Part shown: positions 1 through 15,580 of the stretch, piece after piece | How positions within the stretch are numbered: position 1 is the stretch's first letter | Layout of the letters: every line of letters begins with the position of its first letter | DNA from: the human T2T-CHM13v2.0 reference genome, Homo sapiens | Length of the DNA stretch: 64,000 nucleotides | Assembly (NCBI RefSeq): GCF_009914755.1 | Contig: NC_060939.1 | Reading direction: 5' to 3' (one strand) | Made by a program: the position numbers and the translations under genes | Notes under the pieces: model-generated | What the model saw: only the letters and a program-made list of their open reading frames with translations | Told to the model about the DNA's origin: nothing | Database searches by the model: none

Positions 1-2492
1 TATATATACATATAATATATATTTTTGCTTATTTTATATGTATATATACTTTATATATGCATATAATATATATGTATACAATATACATAATATATATTAT
101 ACACATATATGTATACAATATATACATATATTATACACATATATGTATACAATATACACATATATATTATATAATATATGTGTACAATATACACATATAT
201 ATTATATATAATATATGTGTACAATATACACATATATATTATATATAATATATGTGTACAATATACACATATATATTATATAATATATGTGTACAATATA
301 CACATATATATTATATATAATATATGTGTACAATATACACATATATATAATATGTGTGTACAATATACACATATATATAATATGTGTGTACAATATACAC
401 ATATATATAATATGTGTGTACAATATACACATATATATAATATGTGTGTACAATATACACATATATATAATATGTGTGTACAATATACACATATATATAA
501 TATGTGTGTACAATATACACATATATAATATGTGTGTACAATATACACATATATAATATGTGTGTACAATATACACATATATTATATGTGTGTACAATAT
601 ACACATATATTATATGTGTGTACAATATACACATATATTATATGTGTGTACAATATACACATATATTATATGTGTGTACAATATACACATATATTAGTGT
701 ACAATATACACATATATTAGTGTACAATATACACATATATGTGTGTACAATATACACATATGTGTGTGTACAATATACACATATATGTGTGTGTACAATA
801 TACACATATATGTGTGTGTACAATATACACATATATATTATATAAAATATATATGTGTACAATGTACACCTATATACTCTATATGTGTACAATGTACACC
901 TATATACTCTATATGTGTACAATGTACACATATATACTCTATATGTGTACAATGTACACCTATATATACTCTATATGTGTACAATGTACACCTATATATA
1001 CTCTATATGTGTACAATGTACACATATATACTCTATATGTGTACAATGTACACATATATACTCTATATGTGTACAATGTACACATATATACTCTATATGT
1101 GTACAATGTACACATATATACTCTATAGAGTATATATATATACTCTATGTATATTCTATAGAATATATATGTGTACAATGTACATATATACTCTATAGAA
1201 TATATGTGTACAATATACACATATATTCTATAGAATATATGTGTTCAATGTACACATACAGAATATATGTGTTCAGTGTACACCTACAGAATATATGTGT
1301 TCAGTGTACACCTACAGAATATATGTGTTCAGTGTACACCTACAGAATATATGTGTTCAGTGTACACATACAGAATATATATGTACAGTGTACACATACA
1401 GAATATATGTGTACAGTGTACACATACAGAATATATGTGTACAGTGTACACATATATAATATATATGTGTACAATATACACATATATATGTATAATATAC
1501 ACATATATTATATATAATATGTGTATATTATACATATATGTGTATAGTATACACATATATATTATATAATATGTGTATAGTATACACATATATGTATAAT
1601 ATACACATATATATGTATAATATACACATATATATGTATACTATACACATATATATGTATAATATACACATATATATGTATAATATACACATATATATTA
1701 TATATAATATGTGTATATTATATACGTGTATGTTATAATGTGTATATAATTGTATATAATGTATATAATATATACTATATGTATATAATATACAATAATG
1801 TATATAATATATACGTATATATATTATATGCGTATATATTATATACACCTGTGTAATATATGCATATGTTATATACGCATATGTAATATATGCATATATT
1901 ATATACGCGTATGTAATATATACATATATTATATATACGTGTATATAATATATCATATTATATATTGTATACGTACATAATATATCATATATTATATAAT
2001 ATACGTGTATATCATATATAATATACATATATATCATACATTATATAATATACGTATATAATATATCATATATTATATAATATAAGTATATCGTATATCA
2101 TATATCATATATTATATATGTATATAATATATCATACATGTATATATGATATACGTATATCATATATCATACATGTATATATTATATACGTATATATCAT
2201 ATATTATATATGATATACGTATATAATATATACATGTATGATATATGATATACGTATATCATATATTATATATTATATACGTATATCATATATAATATAT
2301 ACTATATCATATATATGATATAGTATATATTATATAATATATTATATATAATATATTCACATGCATATATATGTGTATATATATAAAGTATATATACATA
2401 TAAAGTAAGCAAAAAGTATACATATGTATTATATATAGAAATATATACATTTACATAAAGTAAGCAAAAAGTGTATATATACTATATATATA
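1..2492. repeat. Complex TA-rich minisatellite/VNTR with successive 22-38 bp sub-arrays
   Basis: Perfect 30-bp period caatatacacatatatataatatgtgtgta at ~331-520, a 28-bp unit gaatatatgtgttcagtgtacacctaca at ~1261-1345, and degenerate TA/TACG/TATC sequence beyond ~1720. Confidence 0.97.
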
Positions 2493-4342
2493 ATCTACAC
2501 CATTGCTTCTTATAGGTAATTGGATTCCATTTTTTGATGTCCCATAATTTATTTGACCCATCCCTTAGTGTTGGAATCTTGGATGTTGTCTTCACTTTTC
2601 TTCAGCAGTCCTCTGATGAACCATCTTGTCCACACGTTTTTGCACACTTGACTGATTATTTTCTCAGGATCAGTTCCTAGAGGAATTGTCTGGTCAAAAG
2701 GTGTGCACACTTTTGGTGCCTATGGTCCAATACGGCCTATGGAAATTTGAATTCATTGAAATTCTCACTAACAGGCTGAGAATGTGACTTCCTGACTCTT
2801 TTGCCAGCATGAGGAATGAGAAACAGAGTGTACAACATGGCTTTCTTTAGGCAGACCTGCCCCCCAAACAGGTGGTGAACAAAGTTCCTTCAGCATATTG
2901 CCTGTGGATATCAGAACTCAGGGACATGCAGGTGTGAGCTGCGGGCCTGGAGGTGTCCCTAGGGCCCAGAGAGTGCCTGGGCAGCCGACGGGAAACTGGA
3001 TGGACTCAGAAGGAGCAAGTGTCCCTCAGGATCCAGGAATCAAAGAAGGCCTGCCGCTTAGTGAGCCAGCATCAAGAGCCTGTCACTCAGGCCACATGCC
3101 TAAGATGCGGTTTGACTCTGAGTGGGGCATGCCCCCTATTTCAGGGATAGCCTGGGAGAGAGGATCAACATTTGGGAAGTGCTTGGAGGGTGCACCAACC
3201 AAGGCTGACCCCTGAGCTGGTCCATGTGTCCACTGTGAGCACCCACTTTCTTCCCAGTGAATGCCATCTGCCTACTCCAGGAACTCTAGGGTGGTCACCA
3301 GGGCAAGGAGTGGGGGTGATAGGAATGGGTCCTGGCTCAAGTCCCACTGGGCCATGGTGCTCTTCTTGACGGCCAGACTGAGAGGGCCAGTTCAGTTCAC
3401 CCAGCACATGCCAGGTGCTTGGAAGACAAAGAAATGCACCTCGAGACCCTTGCTGTCTCCAAAATCTTTTCCAGCAAGTCCAGGCCCTCCTGATCTTTCC
3501 CATCTCTGAATCCCAGGGGAACTTATTTTCAGCCCCTTCTTTATTCTTACATCTCATGACCAATCTTTGTGTACATTTATTATCTCTCCAGTGACATAAA
3601 CTCCTCAGGGGCAGTGTCCCATAAGGGGCACACTAGTCATTTGGAGGGAAGCCATTGTAAACCTTGATAAGCATGAAGAAATCTACAAATGAGGAGTATT
3701 CCAGAAAAAGCCTCGGCTTTGGGGAAGTAAATAATACCAGGAGTTACTGAGCTGGACACAGCACACATACACTGAGTCTTTACAACAGTCCTGCCTGGAA
3801 GATGTTATCACCACCATTTCATGGATAAGGAAATTGAAACTCAAAAAGATGTGAAAATTGTCTGAAACCACTCAGACCTGTCTGATTTCAGAACACAGGT
3901 GGGAGGCCTGGAGTCAGTCCCAGGTCTGCCATTAAATCACAATACCTCCTTGGTCAGGTCACTACAGCACTCTGCAGCTCCGTGCCCCAGGATGCAGCTT
4001 TTTCGATGAAGTAAATGGAATTGCATCCCCCACCCAGGCTTGCTGCACAGATCATGGCATAGCATTGACAAATTTCCTAGCAGTTCATCAGAGATATGCC
4101 AATAATTGATACCTGCTACTGTTACTAGTAATTACCGGGAAGCCAGTATTGCACCAAGAATATTTGCAAACCCAAGGATTTCTTCTTATTGGACACAGAG
4201 ATTGAATGAATGCTAGCGAATGGAATTGTGCAGAAGACAAACAGGAGTGAGGGAAATGCTACTGGATAAGCAGGAGGTTAAATAAACTGTATCTCCTTTT
4301 GTTTAGATGTGAATTTAAGAATAATCTATTTTACTTTGTCAG

Positions 4343-4416
4343 GGAAGGAAAGGCCTAAAAGGGAGACTAAAGATGAGTTGCTAAAAAAGAGAGAACAGAA
4401 GCAAAGAGACCAGAAG
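4343..4416 (+). other. Candidate 74-nt cassette exon of the MYZAP-POLR2M (GCOM1) readthrough unit
   Basis: Acceptor ctattttactttgtcag, purine-rich body, consensus donor AAG|GTGAGT. Confidence 0.5.
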
Positions 4417-4484
4417 GTGAGTGCTGCTAAAGCTTGGGGTAATTCGTTAGGCAGGATTAGATAACTAATACATGGTGTGAAAAA

Positions 4485-4870
4485 TATCGTTGCATTTTGT
4501 TTTTGCATGCAAATATCTAATTGTTTTAGCACTATTTGTTGAAAAGACTACCCATTTTCCACTGAATTGCCCTTGTACCATTGTTGAAAATAAATTGGCC
4601 ATATATGCATAAATCTATTTCTATACTCTCTATACTGTTATATTGGGATCTAGTTGCTTATCTTGACACTAATACTATGCTGTCTTGTTTGCTGTAGCTT
4701 TATCATCGGCCATGAAGTCAGGTAGCACAGGCTCTCTAATTATATTTTTCTAAGTTGATTGGGCTATTCTAGGTCCTTTGCATTTCTATATGAATTTTAC
4801 AGTCTGTCAATTTCCACAAAAGCGCTATTGGGATTTTCCTTGGGACTGCATTGAATAGACAGGTCACCAA
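4485..4870 (-). mobile_element. Old L1M ORF2-region fragment
   Basis: Antisense L1-like phrases (cactatttgttgaaaagacta; ggctattctaggtcctttgcatttctatatgaatttta). Confidence 0.75.
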
Positions 4871-7800
4871 GGATAACATCAAGACCTTGCTGTGTCAGGC
4901 CAGCTCCTAGCAACACTGCAGCCCAAGTTGGGAGCACTAGGTTGGCTCCTGGATGTCAGTGACTGCTCTTCTCTTCCTTAGCTGGAAAGGTACTGGGAAA
5001 AACCTCCATAGTGTATTTTGGTAAAGGTATAGTATAATCTTTGTGGGATTCCGAACAAAATATTATAAGAAACATTCATTTGTGCCCAAGGGCCATAAAC
5101 TTGGTGTAATCTGAATGCAATAAATTATAAATAAATGGCAAACAGTTCTTGATGGTTTTCTCTTAATTTTTCAAGTTTTAACATAGAGCGTTTACAGGAT
5201 TCACCTTCCTGATTTAGGGATGGGAGGGGGGTTGAGAAATAATTAGTAGGCAATTTTTTGGCCCTGGGACTTTTCTTGTAAATGTTTTCTTTGGCAGCCA
5301 TACTCTTGAGAACAGGAAGTTACTCTCTTGTTACAGATTTAAGACTTTTCTGAGCCAAATAACAGAAAGCTGGATTAGTTCTGAAATGAAGTGGGGGGAA
5401 AAAAAACAACTCTAGGCTCTTGCTGGAGATTAATGACATCTTACAAATATTTTAATTCTCCCCTTTCCTCTTAACTTGCTACCTCCTAAACAAAACACAC
5501 TCAGACTGAAAAAAAAAAAAAAACAAAAAACTTAACTGATCACTTTGTAGCCCAACCTTAAAATAAAATATCTTTATGGTGCCCACAAATTTATGTAAAC
5601 ATTTTTGGGGTGTTAAAGGGAAGGAAAATAGGGCTGTCTTAAGTCGATCCTTTTTTTGTTACAAAATCCCCAATATGAAATTTAGAGCATAAAATGTAGT
5701 TGTAAAGATGCTAATTTTTCTATGATAATCACACAGATTCATAATTTTCTTTGATCTTTTTAAAATGGCTTTTAAAAATAGATAAAAGTGTTTAATCAAG
5801 CTTTGAAAACTATGCCTATATGTTGTTTGAGATGGTTGCAAACAATTCTTTAGAAATTGTTCCAAATGACAGGATTATATCCTTTGACTAGAGCATCTCT
5901 GACTATAAAACAAAGGAATTATTTCCTCCAAAAAGACTGAGTCCTCACAGAAGGGCATGCTGAGGTAGAAATAAAAAAAAATTAAATTTTTACACTTGAT
6001 TCTAAAAAAAAGTTGTAATCTTAATGAAGTTCATAATCTGGAGGAACATTAATTCCGTGAATTATCTGAGAACTATTTGTGAGGATTGTTTTTAAAATTG
6101 CTTTAAATGTAAAAGTTTTTATTTTTTGCAAGGATTCTTAAAACACAGAAGGCCTTATAAAAACTTTGAGATTGAGAAGTAAAGAACGCTTTCCTGTAAC
6201 AAGTATATATCTTCTACTAGTAATCTAGGAAGTTTCTATGGTATTAATTGCAGCCTCAGAAAATAAAAGAGTTGGTCTAAGTGTTTTATTTGCACTTGCC
6301 TCCTGCACCCAAATTCAAATGCCCTGGTACCCAAGAAGTTTGCCTATAGTTGAGAAGGGTAGGATAATAGGGCCAGTAGCTGATGGGAGCAGGGGAGGAT
6401 GCTTCCCTGGGCTATAAGAACATGCCTATCCTAAAGTCACTCAAATTCCTAAGTCTGAAAAACACTGTGCTGCCAAACACACCCATCTGTAATTTGAATG
6501 TGGCCAAAGACCCACAATTTGCCACCCTTGACTTGCATTATCTAATGTTTTTCTTTCTGTATATTATGAAGAGGATATTTATTCCTTCATACTAACTTTC
6601 TTCAGTCTGCTTGAGGTGATGCCCTTCCACATCATTCATAATAGTTTCTTGTCTTCTACTATTATTGACAACTTCACTTTTTTAACCTTATAAACAATTT
6701 TAAATTACTCGGAGCTGTCATCCATTAGATATAAAAATTAAATGGAGCCCAGGAATTCTAGGTGATGGGAAACATTATCCAGGGCTGTAAGACATGCACA
6801 ACTATGGGAGTCCAGCAAAGGCTGATAAGCCTGGAGCTCCAGCAATGTTGGGTGAGCATTTATTTAAAGGGAGCTACTTGCTTCCTGGTTTGACTGCATA
6901 CCAAATATATCTTCTCAACATTTATGAGCTTAAATAGATGCAGATGTTGCCAGAGAGTGTATTGTAACATTCATCATCCTAGAATCATATAATTTAAGTG
7001 TTGAGAGGCATCTTGGACTTCGGTTCAATACTCTCATTTTAAGCAGGAGGAAGCTGAGGTTCAGAAGAGTTAACTGACTTGCCACAAAGTTAGTGGTCCA
7101 CAAACCCTGCCCCATAAAAACATTGTTGAGGGTTGACAAATTTTACTACCACCACCTCCGTTCTCTCATCTGGATTGCTTTAATTGTCCTATACACTATG
7201 CTTGACTATTATCTCCTCCCAATTTTCAAGAAGAAAATTAATGAGAATTTTTTTTTCCTGAATAATTCTTCTTTATATTTCGTGGGCATCCCTTACTTCT
7301 CTCCATCTCCCCACTGTTGATGATTTTCAGAGCTGTGTTCTTTCTCATGTAAGATGGAAATTAAAGGTGACCAGACACTGATTTTGGCCAGGTCTAGTGA
7401 GAGGAGAGGGGTTAGTTTGTTTTCTCTAACTCTAGCCTGCTGCTGATCACTAGTTTATTTATTTCATGGCCTCTGATGGACATCAGACTCCAAATAGTGA
7501 GAGCCATGGTGTGCTGACACTGTAGCAGAAATCAGTTCTTTCCATCCACTAAAAAGACAACTACCTCCTTGGTGAAACCTGAAATGATCTTATGAAATCT
7601 CATCCTGTAGTGACTTTGCAAATTACCTCACTCCTCCTTTTCTGTTTTCTCATAAATATATGTGCAGACTGTCTTTCCTCAACCACAAAGGAAGTGTAAA
7701 CATAGTTTATCTGATGTTTTATGAATTAAATAATTTCTATAGCCAGACTTATATGATGTACTTGATGTTTTATGAAAAATCTTCAGTGAGGCCCATTTAA

Positions 7801-9660
7801 GTGTAGGACAGTCTGCCCTCCAGCATAGAATTTGAACCAATTCTAAGCAAAGTTTGGCTGTTATATCCTCCTACTTTCCTGCCCTACATACTCTCCAAAT
7901 CCTAGAGATGAGTACTCTGGGGTCTTCCTATTATCCTAAACTCACTGATGTAATAGTCTGTCTGGTGTGTTCTTCTTCTCAGATTACTCAAAATTCTCTC
8001 CATTTTCTCCCTTTCCCTCCTGAACAAATTTCACTCTTTGGGTTTAGGTCATCATCTCAGCTAGGCTGTTATGAAGAAGCATTTTGGAACTAAATAATAC
8101 TCACGTGTAAATGACTAATAGATCATTTATGTTCTCAAAGGAAGATCTTTGTTCACCATATAATCTTCTTATTGGTGGAATTTCACTCAATGTGTCAAAG
8201 GGAAGGAAAATAAGTCAAGGAGAGGGGAAGGTATTTTTAATCTTGTTTAAGATTTTATGTCTTAAACTGAGAGGAGGGGCCTTAGCTACAATGTCTATAT
8301 AGTCTGTGTCAAAGACCGTGTGCTCTTTCAAGGATTTTTTTCCCAGTTTGTGAGTTTTTTCATATTTAAAAATCTTACAAAGTTTTATTATTCAATCACA
8401 ATTCAGTTGGTCACATATCTAACCAGCAATCTTCATTAAATTTATTAAAAAGTAAACTTACATGAAATTTCAGAGTACCAAACATTTAATAATTTAAAAA
8501 ACTATGTCTTCCCACACTATCAAGATCATAAAACACAGTGGTGGCCTGAAATGGGACATTCGTCACTAAAAAACACTTCAGCCATGTGACGGTATTAACA
8601 GAAAAGGGTTCTTTTCCACCAACTTGAACCTCACTTGGCTGAGATTTTCTCACCACAGTCTTTGTATTTTTTTTTCCCATGGGCAACTGCCCCCTTGATT
8701 AATCCCATTTCCCTTAGTCCTAGTTTTTCCAGGCAGCTGAGCAAACAAAGATGCAGGCAGCCATTTTAACGTGCTTCCTCCCTCAAGCCCTCTGGGATGG
8801 GCCGTCTGTTCATCCTGTTCATAAACCAACGGCCTGAATGGGCTTGGAGAAAGCAGCAAGGATCTTCTGTCAGGATTAATTTTAATAGGCCATAGTCTGT
8901 CACCCGGGAACCATAGCCCAGGCAAATGGCTTTAAATTACTATTTGCTGATAAAAAGGGAGATATGAGCTGAAAATTTGGTTCCTCATTTAAAACAACTT
9001 GGATAACTAATGCAAGAATTTACTTTTAGTGTGGAGTGCAGGTACTTTACAGCCTAAACCCTTGGGTAGCTGAGGAAAATCTTTTGTTGCCATGGGATCA
9101 CAGTGAAATATAAAGAGGGGAAATGTGGCAGTTTGTAGAAGTATAGAATTTTAGAGCTGGAAGGGAAATAAAAAATGTATCTGTGACTTCCTAAGGACTT
9201 ACGTTTAGAGCTTTATATTTCTGATTTCTGTGCAGAGAAACGCGATTCCTCTTATTGCCCCTTCTACTTTTTTGTCTCCCTCTTTACCAATTCCTTTCTC
9301 TTTCCTTTTTTTCACTGTTTTTCTCATACCCAATTCCAGTTCCTTGTTCCTTCCCTTGGTTCCTCATCCCTCACCAGCCAGGCTCCTGTCATTTCTCTGT
9401 GAAGCTCTGCACTGGGGGGCACATGAGGTAGCGTGGTGAATGTAGCCCCTAGGCAAACAAGTCAGGAGGCCCTAGCTCTTGTCTCTTCCCTTGTAAAGTG
9501 TGAGAAGGCAGTTTGGGGGACTGACTGGAAGGGATGGTTTTGTAAAATGACACACTGATGTCAGCCATTATTGTTCAATAAAGTCCTCTGTGTACCATTC
9601 ATAAGTAATTTTTTTATTAGCTATGGCCATTGTTTTGGTTTGTTTAAAAATTCAGAATGT

Positions 9661-10054
<394 letters not shown>

Positions 10055-10285
10055 TTATGACCCTTGGTTCCCATCTCTTCCTTTCCAGCCAGCTCCCCTC
10101 AACTCTCATAGATCATATCACTTGTTCATGGAGAAAATGTTCTCCACATTCCTTTACAAACATGACTGATACCATAAAAAATGTTTGGTGCAAGTTCTGT
10201 AATCTTTCTTAAATAGCCCAGCCTGGGCACTTGAGCAAGAAGGCTGGTGGCTAAAATTAAACAAAACATAACAAAACCAAAAACA

Positions 10286-11245
<960 letters not shown>

Positions 11246-11269
11246 AATATACAGTATTAATTTGCATGT

Positions 11270-12210
11270 TATTCATTTTAAAATAAATGGTATTGTTCTG
11301 CAACTTGCTTTTTTCACTTAACCTTAAGTTTTGGAGATTAAACCTTGTTGAAATCTGTAGATTTAGTTCCTTCATTTTAATTGACGTAGTTTTCAATTTT
11401 TGCTACCACTATAAACAATGTGGCAATGAATGTTCTGACACACGTCTTCTTTAGTACATACACCGAGTTTCCTTAGGAAGGCTAGTACATAAATGCTGTG
11501 TGTTGGATTGCAGAGTAGGCACGTCTTCCAGTTTACTAGATGTGACTGCATATCTTTCCTAAGTGTTTCTGCCAGTTCAGTCTCTGTAACACATGAGCTC
11601 CTGTTTCTCCAATCAGAAAGAGTTTGGAATTTTTAAGATTTTTTTACTTTGCATTTCCCTGAAGTTGAGGATCCTTTTTTAAAGCATGTTTTCTGGTTTT
11701 TCCAGTTTCCTCTTCTGTGAACTGTTCGTATTTTTCCTTTTTTTTTTTCTGACTTGTTTTGCTTATTGATGTATAAGAATTCTTTTTGTAAAGTGTGAGT
11801 TTTTGTATTCTGGATGCCAGCTTGCTGTTTATATGTATAATAGCCTTTACCCTTCTACACTACAGAAGTTTTTGCCTTAATGTAGTTAATTTACAAATTA
11901 TTTCCTGTAAAGTTTGTAAAATGTGTCTTAAGAAATCCTTCCTAAACTTGTGATCATTGAAATGTTTTTCTGTAAATATTATTTTTCAATTTTAAATAGT
12001 AGTTTGTTAATTCCTCTGGAATTAATCCTCATGTCTATTGGAAGTAGGAAACTATTTATATTAATACTTTTTCCCATATACACAACCAATCTCTCTAGCA
12101 CTATTTATGAAAATTCACTCTTTCCTCACTAATCTTAAATCTCAAATCAAGTTCCCATATATGCATGGGTCTATTTCGGTGTTCTCTATTTTGTTCCATT
12201 GGTCTATTTG
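11270..12210 (-). mobile_element. Highly degraded antisense L1M(E) fragments
   Basis: T-rich L1 antisense phrases (tgcaacttgcttttttcacttaac; tctctattttgttccattggtctattt). Confidence 0.6.
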
Positions 12211-12743
12211 CTGCAACAATTATATAAAATTAATAAAATGTAATTAAAAGGCCAGGCACACAGTAGGGCCAAAGCAAAAGCTAGCTTCCCCCACTCCTCA
12301 GTCAGCTCTCTAACCCTAAAGTCTGGTCATCAGTGAAGTCTTGGTTTTTCTAAAAGAATGATGCTGTTTGGCTCCCTTGTTGGTGATCTTTATTCCCACT
12401 GACTTCATCTGGTCCAAATCTCTGGCCAGCCTCTCCTTTAAATTCCCTTTTGGTACTAGCTCCCCACTAATCATCAATCTGCTGCCTGCATACCCCCAAC
12501 TTGGCCCAGTGTCACTATGGCCAAGTCTAGGCATAGAGGCTGGACATGCTTCTGCATTGCCCCATAACACCCCCACCCCCTCATTCTCCAGCAATCCCCA
12601 TGTGGCGGTCGGGCCATTTCTCATGCTGAGAGGCCCAACAAGTGTGAAGTTGAACACTTTCAGTCTTTGTACATTGACACTAATGTATCCCACATTAGTA
12701 ATCCAAGTGAAGGAAGCAAAATTAAATTTCTTAAAGAAAAAAA

Positions 12744-13048
12744 GGCTGGGTGTGGTGGCTCATGCCTGTAATCTCAGCAGTTTGGGAGGCTGAGGCGGGC
12801 AGATCGCTTGAACCTAGGAGTTCAAGTCTAGCATCGGCAACATGGCAAAACCCTGTCCCTACAAAAAAATTAAAAAAAAATTTAGCGGGGCGTGGGACAC
12901 ACACCTGTAGTCCCAGCTACTTGGGAGGGAGGCTGAGGTGGGAGGATTGTTTGAGCCAAGAAGGCTGAGGTTACAGTGTGCCGACATTATACCACTGCAC
13001 TCCAGCCTGTGCAACAGAGCAAGACCCGTCTCAAAAAAGAAAAAAAAG
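12744..13048 (+). mobile_element. AluJ element
   Basis: Two-arm Alu consensus match with A-tail. Confidence 0.93.
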
Positions 13049-13454
13049 GTCAGAATTTAAGAGAGGAAGAGAGGGTCGAAGGAGGGAAATACAAATTCAG
13101 TTTTGGACAGGTTGAGACTGAGAAACCTTTGAGACATTCAGGTGGTAAGGCCTTTACCCTGACTCTAATTCTAGTCCCAGAGCAAAACCCCAAAAGACTC
13201 CTGTGCTTAAAAGCCTGGAGAGATTGGTACCTTGGAATTTATAGTAAGAGAGAGTTTTAAGAGGGAGAAACTGCTCAACAGGGTCAGATGCTGTGAGAAG
13301 GGGAAGGACTAAGACATATTCCTTGAATCTGACAGCCATGAAGGGATCCATGGTGCTTGCAAGATGGTGAAGAAATGGAGTCAGAGAATGTGGACAATTC
13401 TTTTAGGACGCGTATCTCTGAAAAAAGAAGGCAGGTGGAAGCTGGGGGCAGCTT

Positions 13455-14440
13455 TTAACTGCTTTATTGGGGTATAACTGACGTGCTATACACTGGACAT
13501 ATTTAAAGTATACAGCGCAATAAGTTTTTTTTAATTTTCTCTTTTTATCTCTAGAAGTAAGTTTTGACTTATCAAATGATTACACCCATATAACCATCAC
13601 CGCAATTAAGGTATTGAGCATCCCCGTCACTCCCAAATGTTTCCTCCTGCCCCTTTGTCATCCTTCCTCCCAGCCTCTCCCTGACACCCCACAACATCCG
13701 ATAATCACTGATCTGCTTTCTATCACTATAGATGCGTTCGTATTTTTTACAATTTTATATAAATGGAGTCATACGGTGTGTAATTTTTTCCTGGCCTCTT
13801 TCTCAGTATACTCGAGATTCATCAGAGTTGTTGCATGTACCAGAGTATTCGATCATATGCACAGACTACAACGTGTTTATCCACTTACCTACTAATGGAT
13901 TGTGTCAAGTTTTGGGCTATTACAAATAAAGCTGCAATGACACTTATGTGCAAGCCTTTCTATTAATATATGCTTTCATTTACCTGTTTCTCTTAGGTAA
14001 ATACCTAGCAGAAGAATGGCTGGGTCAAACGGTATATTTTAAGAAACTGCCAAACTGGTTTCCAAAGAGGTTGTACTATTTTGCATTCCCATTAGCAGTG
14101 TATCAAAGTTCCAGTTGCTCTACATCCTTTACAACACTTGGAATGGTCAGTCTTTCTGGTAGGCATGTACTAATATCTCATTGTGATTTTATTATTTATT
14201 TTTTCTTGGATATAGAGTCTTGCTATGGTGCCCAGGCTGGTCTTGAACTTCTGGGCTGAAGCAATCCTTCCACCTCAGCCTCCTGAGTAGATGAGATTAC
14301 AGGCATGAGCCACCATGCCCAGCTTCTCCATGTATTTTTAATTTGCATTTTCCTAATGGCTAATAACACTGGTCTTCTTTCATGTGCTTATTTTTCACTT
14401 ATATATCTTCTTTGGTAAACTGTCTTTTCAAATCTTTTAT
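13455..14440 (-). mobile_element. Old L1M 3' region, antisense, interrupted by a FLAM monomer at ~14195-14323
   Basis: gctttattggggtataactgac; aagaaactgccaaactggtttccaaag; ttaatttgcattttcctaatggctaata. Confidence 0.8.
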
Positions 14441-15114
14441 TCCCTAATCTGGAAAGTGGTGCCCATCACTTCTACCATATTTATTAGAAGTGAGTCAGTT
14501 AAGTCCAGTCAACATTCCATGGGAGAGGATTACATTGGAGTGGGACACTGGGGGCCATCCTAGAGGCTGTCTACCACGTGTGGCTTCCCATTTCTTTTAG
14601 GGTAAAATCCAAACTCCATATCCTGGTCTACAAAGCCCTGCTAGATCTAGCCCCAGCCTTCCACATTGCTTTTTTTTGTTATTTGAACATGCTAAGCTCC
14701 TTCTCCTTTTACGGCCTTAGTATCTTCTCTTGCCTCTACTTGGGATGTTTTTCCATCAGATTTTCCCACAGTTGATCATTTGTCATTTGAAGTCCCAGCT
14801 TAAAAGTTACCTCCTCAGAAAACCCAACCTCAGTCACCCAATCAAAGTAGTCTACCAGTCACTCCTTATCAAATCACTCTGTACTAATTCTCTATGTGAC
14901 TCTTAGTACTGATAGAATAAAAGTTTCAATGTAACAGGAAATTTCTTTACCTCATTCATCGTTATATCACCAAATCCTAGAATAGCGTTTCACTTGTGAT
15001 AGACGCTCAATAAATATTTACTTACTGAACAAATGAATGAGATCTCCAAAGAAGCAAGAACAGATGGGATCCATAGTATAGCTGAAGGGATTAACCTTGG
15101 ATAAAGTTCCTGTG

Positions 15115-15580
15115 ACTACTGCTGTTTAATAAACGACCCCAAATTTAGAAAAGGCATAGTGAAGATGTCTCTGCTCCACAATGTCTGAGGCTTCAATTTG
15201 GATGTCGTGAAGGCTGGAAGTGACTGGACAGTTGGGGCTGAAATTATCCAAAGTTTTGCTCACTCACATGTCTGGTGGTTGATGCTACCTGTTGGCTGAA
15301 ACTTCAGCTTGGGATGATAGCCAAAACATCTACGCAAATGCAGACTTCTTCATGGCTTGCTTGCTGAGTTCCAAGAGTAAGCACTTCAAGAAAGCTAGGT
15401 AGAAGTTGCATCACCTTTTGTCATCTAGACTAGAAAAATCACTTTTGCTCTAGTTATAAGCACGCCCAGATTCAAGGATAGAGAAGAATAACCCCATTTC
15501 TTGACAGGAGGAGTGTTAAACTCACATAGCAAGAAGAACACATTTAGGATGGGAAATATTGTTGCTGCCATTCTGGTCAA
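15115..15580 (-). mobile_element. MaLR (MLT1-type) LTR remnant
   Basis: ctctgctccacaatgtctgagg; ctcactcacatgtctggtggttgatgct; cccagattcaagg are typical MLT1 phrases. Confidence 0.6.

Noticed and set aside
51-2037. Many overlapping 60-220 aa ORFs and a superficially CRISPR-like periodicity
   Set aside because: Y/I/C/V/H/T-rich translations of the tandem repeat; no unique spacers and no cas genes; the DNA is primate.
2898-3563. Cluster of GC-rich ORFs on both strands (up to 132 aa)
   Set aside because: No recognisable domain, mostly non-ATG starts, no coherent exon structure.
8486-8925. Unique-looking block with minus-strand ORFs
   Set aside because: Could be an enhancer, but nothing in the sequence alone supports a call.
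12316-12793. Antiparallel 125 and 141 aa ORFs
   Set aside because: No similarity to a known protein; one runs into an Alu; likely chance openness in old repeat-derived DNA.
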